Source of the DNA: Acetobacteraceae bacterium | Lineage (GTDB): Bacteria > Pseudomonadota > Alphaproteobacteria > Acetobacterales > Acetobacteraceae | Direction: 5' to 3' | NCBI GenBank assembly: GCA_025055335.1 | Contig: JANWXJ010000255.1 | Span: 1-57,196 of the forward strand | Length of the DNA: 57,196 bases | Part shown: piece after piece, positions 29,544 through 36,400 of the stretch | Layout: each line of letters opens with the position of its first letter | How positions within the stretch are numbered: position 1 is the stretch's first letter | Notes under the pieces: model-generated | Databases searched by the model: none | Told to the model about the DNA's origin: nothing | What the model saw: the letters and a program-made list of their open reading frames with translations, nothing else | Translations under genes and position numbers: made by a program

Positions 29544-29652
29544 CGCCCCTGCCCTCCGTCCCCGTCGTTAGCGCCCGGCACCGGCCCTGGCCCCAGCGTA
29601 ATCCTCTCCGGGTATACCAAAGCCCGACGCTCGGCTTTCCGCAAGCCCCAAG

Positions 29653-30297
29653 TCATGCCGGCAGGGCGGAGCCGTGGCGGCGGCGCGGCATCGGCGTGGC
29701 GGCGGGTTGTTGGGGGGCGGATTCCGGGGCGGCTTCGGCCGGGGGGACAGGCGCGGCGTCCGGCGGCAGGAAGGCGGGCGGCGGCGTCTCCGGCGGGATC
29801 GCTGCGGCCTGCTGCGGCGCGCCGGGCGCCTCCGCGGCGGTCGGCGCGGCAGTCGCCGCGGCGGCGGCGCGCTCCGCCTGGTCCTGCTCCTCCCGGTCCA
29901 CCCCAAGCAGGCGCCTTGCCAGCGCCTTCGCCTCCTCCGGCAGGTCGAAGCCGAAGCCGGGCACGCCGTCGGGGGCGTTGAAGTCCCAGGCGTAGTCGGC
30001 GGGGCCGACGAAGTCGCGGATCGCCGGGTCGAGGCTCCAGATCCGGCTGAGCGCCGCCTGGCGCAGCGCTGCGGGCACGCCCTTGGCGAAGAACGGGCGG
30101 AGGTCCGATTCGGCGGTCAGGTCCTCGATCTTCGGCAGGGAGGAGAGGTCGAACTCCGGCTCCTCCGCCGCGGCGGGCGGCGTCTCCGGCGGGGGCGGTG
30201 GCGGCACGGCCGGCTCCGGCGTCTTCCCGGCCTCGGCCGCGCGCTTCCGGCGGGACCAGCGGGCAAGGAACCCTTCGCGCTCGCCCTCGCCGCTCAT
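29653..30297 (-). CDS. Uncharacterised protein, DUF3306-like
   Basis: Last 214 aa of track ORF 29653..30735. Basic N-terminus (GFLARWSRRKRA), conserved core (LPKIEDLTAESDLRPFFAKGVPAALRQAALSRIWSLDPAIRDFVGPADYAWDFN), Pro/Ala-rich tail. The family name is from memory of FDH-neighbourhood annotation. Confidence 0.7.
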   Translation of the reverse strand: MSGEGEREGFLARWSRRKRAAEAGKTPEPAVPPPPPPETPPAAAEEPEFDLSSLPKIEDLTAESDLRPFFAKGVPAALRQAALSRIWSLDPAIRDFVGPADYAWDFNAPDGVPGFGFDLPEEAKALARRLLGVDREEQDQAERAAAAATAAPTAAEAPGAPQQAAAIPPETPPPAFLPPDAAPVPPAEAAPESAPQQPAATPMPRRRHGSALPA

Positions 30298-30815
30298 TCC
30301 GCCTCCTCCGCCCAGCGCGGCCGACGCTGCGCCAGCGCCTCCGGATCCGCCCGGTCGCGCTTGCGCTTGTGGAACACCCGCTCCTTGTGGTGGCGCGCGA
30401 CATACTCCTCGAGCAAGGCAACAAGCGGGGGCGGCAGCGGCAGCGGCTCCACGAGGTCGGAGGGCGATTCGCCGTAGATCTCGGCCTCGCCGGCGTCCAC
30501 CGTCACCGCCTGCAGCTTCCACCCGGCCGGCGCGGACGGATCCGGCCGCAGCACCACCCACAGGAGCGGCGGTTCCTGCTGCAGGGTGTGGCGGTAGTTG
30601 TCGGTGTCGGTCGGGAAGAGCGCGATCTCCGCCGCCCCGGCGTAGAACAGCGCGGCGTCCCTTTCCTCCCGCAGCAGCGTCCAGGGCTCGGCCTCTGGCA
30701 GGTCGAGCAGCACGGCGACGGGGCGCCAGACCCATTCCGCCCAGGGTGTCGCGCCGCGGCGGCGTTCCACCACCACGCCGACCGGCACGCGCACGCTCTC
30801 CGGATGCGCCGTCAT
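30294..30815 (-). CDS. Uncharacterised protein, DUF3305-like
   Basis: 173 aa, starting MTAHPESVRVPVGVVVERRR...WVWRPVAVL. ATGA overlaps at both ends. The family name is from memory. Confidence 0.7.
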   Translation of the reverse strand: MTAHPESVRVPVGVVVERRRGATPWAEWVWRPVAVLLDLPEAEPWTLLREERDAALFYAGAAEIALFPTDTDNYRHTLQQEPPLLWVVLRPDPSAPAGWKLQAVTVDAGEAEIYGESPSDLVEPLPLPPPLVALLEEYVARHHKERVFHKRKRDRADPEALAQRRPRWAEEAE

Positions 30816-31840
30816 GCCGCCTCCTCCGCCGCCAGGAGCGGCAGCCCGGCGAGCAGGTTCTGCGGCTTCATGCGCACGCGCCTCGCCCCGTCCATCGCCA
30901 GCGCCAGATGCACGGGCAGCCCCCGCATGCGCGGCAGCACGCGCGAGGGATCGGCGAAGTCGAGCCGCGCGAGCCAGATCAGCCGCGCCAGACGCTCCTG
31001 CGCCACCTTCTTCCCCCGCCACAAATCGTTGGCGATCGCCGTCGCCTCCGCATCCAGCCCGACATGCCAGTGCCAGTTCTGGATCGTCTCGACCGGCGTG
31101 ACGGTCACCTCCTCCCCCAGCATGTGCTTGAGGAAGCGGGCGATGGCGGTGCCGAGGGCGATCTGCCCCGGGCTGTCCTTCACGATGTCGAGCGCGAAGT
31201 CGTGCGCGTCGGAGCGGCCGCGGTAGAGGTGGGCGTTGCCCTCGTTCAGCACATCGAGCTCCACCTCGCGCGGCGGGGCGCCCGCCTCCACCAGCAGCTG
31301 CCCGAGCGCGCCGAGGCCGCCGTCTTCCGCCCGCGCCTCGATCGTCTCCTCGTCGGCCAGAAGCAGGCTGCCCTGGTGGATGCCCACGCGCTGGGTGCGG
31401 AAGAACACCTCGCCCGCGCGCAGCACGAAGGGATCGCCTTCTCCGTCGAGGGCGGCGCGCATCACGAGATGCGTCAGCATCTGCAGGAAGATCGGCGGGA
31501 TCCCTGAAACCCCCTCGCGGAACAGCGCGGCATAGGCGGCCTCCAGGGTGGGGTGGCGCGCCACCCTGTCGCGGAAGGCAAGGAAATGCCGCCAGTTCTC
31601 CCGCGCCGCGGGATCAGCGAGCGCGGCCGGATCGGCCGGGGCGAGCGGATTCTCCATCAGCCGCGCATGCAGCGCGCGCTCGGCCTCGCAGGCCTCCTCG
31701 GGCGGCAGCAGCTCGGGCCGAGCAAGGAAGGCGCGCCAGAGATCGGGGGTTGGCACCACCCGCCCCGACTCGTCGCGGTCGCACAGCAGATGGCCGGAGG
31801 CGACCCAGAACTCGCTTGGCATCAGGGATGCGCCGCTCAT
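30812..31840 (-). CDS. Uncharacterised 342-aa protein (possibly DUF6352 family)
   Basis: Last 342 aa of track ORF 30812..32302, with balanced composition (FWVASGHLLCDRDESGRVVPTPDLWRAF...TIQNWHWHVGLDAEATAIANDLWRGKK). ATGA overlaps at both ends. No motif I can assign. Confidence 0.7.
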   Translation of the reverse strand: MSGASLMPSEFWVASGHLLCDRDESGRVVPTPDLWRAFLARPELLPPEEACEAERALHARLMENPLAPADPAALADPAARENWRHFLAFRDRVARHPTLEAAYAALFREGVSGIPPIFLQMLTHLVMRAALDGEGDPFVLRAGEVFFRTQRVGIHQGSLLLADEETIEARAEDGGLGALGQLLVEAGAPPREVELDVLNEGNAHLYRGRSDAHDFALDIVKDSPGQIALGTAIARFLKHMLGEEVTVTPVETIQNWHWHVGLDAEATAIANDLWRGKKVAQERLARLIWLARLDFADPSRVLPRMRGLPVHLALAMDGARRVRMKPQNLLAGLPLLAAEEAA

Positions 31841-32379
31841 CGCGGAAGCCTCGTGAGGTCGGGGCGTTCCACCGGCTCCTCCTCGCCCGCCACCTGCACG
31901 ATGCCGAACACCGGCAGGCGGCCGAAATCGTGGTGCGGCGTCTCGCGCCGGTGCAGCGTGCGGAAGCGCTCGCGCACCCGCCCCTCCTCCAGGCTGCGGG
32001 AAAGCGCCAGCACCGTCCCGGGCGGATGGCCTTCGCACAGGCTTTCGGCGAAGGCCACCTCCTCCTCGGCGGCGGGGCGGGCGGCGGCCTCGTCGGGCGC
32101 GCCATAGGCCGCGACGAGATGGGCGGCAAGCGAAGCCACCGCCGCCTCGCGCTCGGCGGCGGTGGCCTCCGCCACCTCGACGAGGGTGGACCAACCGAAG
32201 GAGGAGAGCCCGAGGAACCCCGCCCGGAACGCCTGCCGCCGCTTGCCCGGCATCGCCTCGGGCGATTCGTCCCAGAAGGCGAAACCGCCGGGCACGGCCC
32301 ATTCCCCGGGCTCGGCGGCGCGCTCGAACACGATGCTGTCCGACGGATCGAGCCGGATGGTGCGCGGCAGCAGCGGCAT
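31837..32379 (-). CDS. Uncharacterised 180-aa protein (possibly DUF6505 family)
   Basis: MPLLPRTIRLDPSDSIVFERAAEPGEWAVPGGFAFWDE... The start shares 1 nt with the upstream stop (TGATG at 32377-32381). ATGA overlap downstream. Confidence 0.68.
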   Translation of the reverse strand: MPLLPRTIRLDPSDSIVFERAAEPGEWAVPGGFAFWDESPEAMPGKRRQAFRAGFLGLSSFGWSTLVEVAEATAAEREAAVASLAAHLVAAYGAPDEAAARPAAEEEVAFAESLCEGHPPGTVLALSRSLEEGRVRERFRTLHRRETPHHDFGRLPVFGIVQVAGEEEPVERPDLTRLPR

Positions 32380-33077
32380 CAGGCGGAGTCCTTCAGGGGC
32401 ACGGTGCGGCGCGTGCCGCCCTCCTCCAGCACGAGGTCGAAGGTGACGGGATCGAGCCCCCGCCGCGCCTCGCCCATCCACGGCTCGCGCAGAAGGCGCG
32501 GCAGCACCCGCTCGGCCAGCCGCCTGTGCCCCCTCTCCTGCCAGTCCGACAGCACGGCCATCAGGTGCCGCGCCCAGGCGGCGACGATCTCGGCGGGCGG
32601 CACGTCGAACCCCTCGCCCTCGAGGGTGGTGCGCTCCGGCATCTCCCCCGGCTCGACGCCGCGCAGCACGGCGTAGCGGCACTCGAGGCCGAGCACGAGC
32701 CACTCCGGCACCGCATCCTCCGCGGCCCCCTCGGGCGAGACGAGCCTGAGCCGCCCGACCTCCCCCGCGTTCACGAGAAGCGTCGCCGGCCAGCGGATCT
32801 CGACCGGCAGCTCGGCCGGCCCGAGTGCGGCGAAGGCATCGGCCAGCGCCGCCGCACCGGCCAGCAGCACGGGGCGTGCGGCGCTGAGCGGCTGTTCCGG
32901 CTCCAGCACCACCGCGGCCTCGACGCGGGCAAGCGAGCGCACCCAGAACAGCGCCCCCGCCCCGGCGCGCGGCGCCTCGGCCACGGCGCGGGCCAGCGCG
33001 TCCTGGCCCTCGCGCAGCGCCTCCGGGCGGAACAGGGTGGGCAACGGGGGCAGCCCGTCATCCAGTCTGGTCGGCAT
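32379..33077 (-). CDS. Biotin/lipoate-protein-ligase-like domain protein, probably non-catalytic
   Basis: 232 aa. VEIRWPATLLVNAGEVGRLRL resembles, by eye, the BirA segment KWPNDLYLQDRKLAGILVE, but has Glu/Val where the catalytic Lys sits. The protein has a single Lys near its C-terminus. First gene of the minus-strand string. Confidence 0.6.
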   Translation of the reverse strand: MPTRLDDGLPPLPTLFRPEALREGQDALARAVAEAPRAGAGALFWVRSLARVEAAVVLEPEQPLSAARPVLLAGAAALADAFAALGPAELPVEIRWPATLLVNAGEVGRLRLVSPEGAAEDAVPEWLVLGLECRYAVLRGVEPGEMPERTTLEGEGFDVPPAEIVAAWARHLMAVLSDWQERGHRRLAERVLPRLLREPWMGEARRGLDPVTFDLVLEEGGTRRTVPLKDSA

Positions 33078-33168
33078 CCTCGGTCCCGGCCCTTCCCCCC
33101 CGTTCGCCGCCCCCGCATATAGCGCGCGCCGCCGGGGTTGCAGAGGGATGACGGCGGCGGGGGGAGCC

Positions 33169-35226
33169 ATGGCCGAGCGACTGATCTTCGTCTGTTCCTG
33201 CGAGGACAGCATGGCCCCCGACGCCGCGGCGATCGGCAAGGCCTGCGGGGCGGAGGCGCGGGGGGCCGACCAGCTCTGCCGCCGCCAGCTCGACCGCTTC
33301 CTCGCCGCGCTGCAGGAGGCCCCGCCCGCGATCACCGTCGCCTGCCGCCAGGAAGCGCCCCTGTTCGCGCAGGAGGCCGAGGCGGCGGGATACGCGGGCG
33401 CCCTCTCCTTCGCCGACATCCGCGAATCGGCCGGCTGGTCGGACGAGAGCGCCAAGGCGGGCCCGAAGATGGCGGCGCTCGTGGCCGCCGCCGCCGTGCC
33501 GATGCCGCCCACCCCGCTGGTCAGCCTGGAAAGCAAGGGGGTGGCGCTGCTGCTCGGCCGCGACGGGGTGGTGCTCGCGGCGGCCGTGGCGCTGAAGGAC
33601 CGGCTCGACATCACCGTGCTGCTGACCGGCGCCGAGCCGGTCGCGCCGCTTCGGCGCGCCGAATACCCGGTGATGCGCGGGCGGGTCCGCGCCGCCACCG
33701 GCTGGCTCGGCGCCTTCGAGGCGGTGGTGGACGGTTTCGCCGCCCCCGCCCCCTCCTCGCGCGCGCAGTATGTGTGGGGCCCGGCCAAGGACGGGGCGAG
33801 AAGCCGCGCCGACCTGATCCTCGACCTGTCCGGCGGCGCGCCGCTGTTCCCGGCGCATGAACTCCGCCAGGGCTACCTCCGTGCCGACCCGGCCGACGCC
33901 GCCGCGGTGGAACGCGCGATCCGCGCCGCCGCCGACCTGACGGGCGTGTTCGACAAGCCGCGCTTCGTGCAGTTCGACGCCGGCCTCTGCGCCCATGCGC
34001 GCAACCGCAAGGTGGGCTGCAGCCGCTGCCTCGATCTCTGCCCGACCGGCGCCATCACCCCGCCCGACGGCAGGACGGTGAAGGACCATGTGCTGATCTC
34101 GGCCGAGATCTGCGCGGGCTGCGGCGCCTGCGCCGCCGTCTGCCCGACGGGGGCCGCCACCTACACCCTGCCGCCGGCCGAAGCCGTGCTGAAGCGCCTG
34201 CGCGCCCTGCTGCTCACCTACCGCGAGGCCGGCGGGCGCGACCCCGTGCTGCTGCTGCACGACCAGCGGCACGGCGAGGCGCTGATCGACGCGCTCGCCC
34301 GCCATGGCGACGGCCTGCCCGCCCGCGCGCTGCCCTTCGCGCTGAACGAGGTGACGCAGGCCGACCTGTCGCTGTTCGCCGCCGCCTTCGCCTATGGCGC
34401 CTCGGCGGTGCGGGTGCTCGGCCGCGGGCGCCGCGCCGAGGGGTGGGAGGGGGTGGCGCGCAACATGGAGATCGCGAACGCGGTTCTCGCCGGCCTCGGG
34501 CTTGCGGGGCCGGCGCCGCACACAGCCGCGATCGAGACGGAGGATCCCTTCACCCTCGGCGAGGCGCTGCGGGCCATCCCCGCCATGCCGTTGGCCTTCG
34601 CGCCCGCCACCTTCCTGCCGCTGGGCCGCCCGCGCGAGATGACGCTCGCCGCCTTCCGCGCGCTGCGCGAGGCGGCGCGCGCCCCGGCCGCCGCCATCGC
34701 CCTGCCCGAGAAGGCCCCCTTCGGCCGCGCGCGGGTGGACACGGAAGGCTGCACGCTTTGCCTCTCCTGCACGATGGTCTGCCCGACGGGCGCCTTCGCC
34801 GCCAACCCCGACCGGCCGCAACTGTCGTTCCTCGAGGATGCCTGCGTGCAGTGCGGCCTCTGCGCAGTCACCTGCCCGGAGAAGGTGATCACGCTGGAGC
34901 CGCGCCTCAATCTCGCGCCAGAGGCGTCGCAGCGTGCCGTGGTGAAGGAGGAGGAGCCCTGGTGCTGCCCGCGCTGCGGCAAGGCCTTCGGGATGAAATC
35001 CTCGATCGAGCGGGTGAAGGCGAAGCTGACGGCCAGCGGCCACTGGATGTTCGCCGACCCGAAGCGCCTTGCCGTGCTCGAGCTCTGCGAGGATTGCCGG
35101 GTGGTGGAGGCGACGGTGGGCGGGATAGACCCCTTCGCCGGCCCGCCCCGCCCGCTGGTGAAGACGACGGAGGACTACCTGCGCGAGGCCGAGCGGGCGA
35201 AGCGGCGGGAAGAGGGCGGCGGCTGA
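33169..35226 (+). CDS. Large polyferredoxin-like 4Fe-4S binding protein (685 aa)
   Basis: Motifs CSRCLDLCP, CAGCGACAAVCP, CTLCLSCTMVCP and CVQCGLCAVTCP. N-terminal FVCSCEDS. C-terminal CCPRCG...CEDC ribbon-like pair. ATG 33169 is preceded by GGGGGA (alternative ATG 33148). Confidence 0.8.
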   Translation: MAERLIFVCSCEDSMAPDAAAIGKACGAEARGADQLCRRQLDRFLAALQEAPPAITVACRQEAPLFAQEAEAAGYAGALSFADIRESAGWSDESAKAGPKMAALVAAAAVPMPPTPLVSLESKGVALLLGRDGVVLAAAVALKDRLDITVLLTGAEPVAPLRRAEYPVMRGRVRAATGWLGAFEAVVDGFAAPAPSSRAQYVWGPAKDGARSRADLILDLSGGAPLFPAHELRQGYLRADPADAAAVERAIRAAADLTGVFDKPRFVQFDAGLCAHARNRKVGCSRCLDLCPTGAITPPDGRTVKDHVLISAEICAGCGACAAVCPTGAATYTLPPAEAVLKRLRALLLTYREAGGRDPVLLLHDQRHGEALIDALARHGDGLPARALPFALNEVTQADLSLFAAAFAYGASAVRVLGRGRRAEGWEGVARNMEIANAVLAGLGLAGPAPHTAAIETEDPFTLGEALRAIPAMPLAFAPATFLPLGRPREMTLAAFRALREAARAPAAAIALPEKAPFGRARVDTEGCTLCLSCTMVCPTGAFAANPDRPQLSFLEDACVQCGLCAVTCPEKVITLEPRLNLAPEASQRAVVKEEEPWCCPRCGKAFGMKSSIERVKAKLTASGHWMFADPKRLAVLELCEDCRVVEATVGGIDPFAGPPRPLVKTTEDYLREAERAKRREEGGG

Positions 35227-36084
35227 GTGCGCGGCCGGCTCGACTGCGACACGCTGCTGCTGCGCGCCTTCGTGGCGGTGGCCGAGAGCGGCTCCTTCAC
35301 CCGCGCGGCCGAGCGGATCGGGCGCAGCCAGCCCGCCGTGACGCTGCAGATCAAGCGCCTCGAGGAGCTTCTCGGGCGGCCGCTGATCGCGCGCTCCTCC
35401 CGCCACGTCGCGCTCACGGCGGCGGGCGAGATCCTGCTGCCGGCGGCGCGCGCGGCGATCGCCGCGCTCGACCAGGCCGCGGGCCGCCTCGCCGGCGGCG
35501 AGATCGGGGGCGAACTCCGCTTCGGCAGCCCCGAGGATTTCGCCACCGCCTATCTGCCGGCCATCCTGGCCCGCTTCGTCGCCGCCCATCCCGGGGTGGT
35601 GCTGCGCACGAACTGCGAACTGACGCGGCCGCTGATCGAGGGGCTCTCGCGCGGCGCCTATGACCTTGTCGTGATCAAGCAGGCGCCGGGGCAGGCGGTG
35701 GCCGGGGCGCGCGAGATCCGACGCGAAACCCTCGTCTGGGCGGAAGCCGAGGGGTGGGGCCGCCCGCGCGCCGCGCCCCTCGATCTGGTGCTGTCGCCCG
35801 AACCCTGCGTGTACCGGGAACGCGCGATCGCCGCGCTGGACGCGGCCGGGATCCCCTGGCGCGTGGTCTACACCTCGCCCTCGCTCGCCGGCGCGGCGGC
35901 GGCGGTGCGCGCGGGCCTCGGCATCACCGTGCTGCCGCGGCGCATCCTGCCGGCAGGCCTCGTGCCGGCCGCCGATCCGGCGCTGCCGCCGCTTGCCGAC
36001 ACCGCGATCTGCCTCCTGCTCCGCCCCGGCGCGCCGGCCGCCGCCGAGGAACTCGCCGCCGAGATCGCCGCCGCCCTCGGCTGA
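35227..36084 (+). CDS. LysR-family transcriptional regulator
   Basis: LLRAFVAVAESGSFTRAAERIGRSQPAVTLQIKRLEE HTH followed by a LysR substrate-binding domain. The GTG start immediately follows the TGA of the polyferredoxin gene. Confidence 0.88.
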   Translation: MRGRLDCDTLLLRAFVAVAESGSFTRAAERIGRSQPAVTLQIKRLEELLGRPLIARSSRHVALTAAGEILLPAARAAIAALDQAAGRLAGGEIGGELRFGSPEDFATAYLPAILARFVAAHPGVVLRTNCELTRPLIEGLSRGAYDLVVIKQAPGQAVAGAREIRRETLVWAEAEGWGRPRAAPLDLVLSPEPCVYRERAIAALDAAGIPWRVVYTSPSLAGAAAAVRAGLGITVLPRRILPAGLVPAADPALPPLADTAICLLLRPGAPAAAEELAAEIAAALG

Positions 36085-36400
36085 AAGGCGAAGCGGGCAC
36101 GGCCGCCCCGGCGCCCGACCGTCCCGCAGGGCAGGGACGGGCGCGGAAGCACGGCCGCAGCCTGTCCGACCGGGGGTGATCGCCTCGCCCCGGGAAGGGG
36201 CCCATTGGCCGCGCTTATGGCCGGAGCGGCGCTTTCTCATTTCCGCTCCGCCGCGGCCGCTGGCAGAGCGCCGGCGATGACGCTCCGCCACGCCAGACGA
36301 CGACGCCGCGCCTGAGCCGGAGGCGTCCCTCCACCCCTCCCCCGTCCCAACCACCCGATCGCCGATGCGGGCGCCCGGCCCGCCGGAAAGGAATGCCGCC

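Noticed and set aside
25473-29981. 1502-aa plus-strand ORF, the longest in the track
   Set aside because: It is antisense to the FDH beta, alpha, Tat-peptide and TorD-like genes, all of which have unmistakable motifs and SD sequences. It has the same Arg/Gly/Pro-rich junk composition.
29568-29995. Pro/Arg/Ala-rich ORFs in several frames (e.g. 29568..29906 minus, 29696..29995 plus)
   Set aside because: They overlap the low-complexity Pro/Ala tail region of the DUF3306-like gene. They are repetitive GC-rich codons read in other frames, not independent genes.
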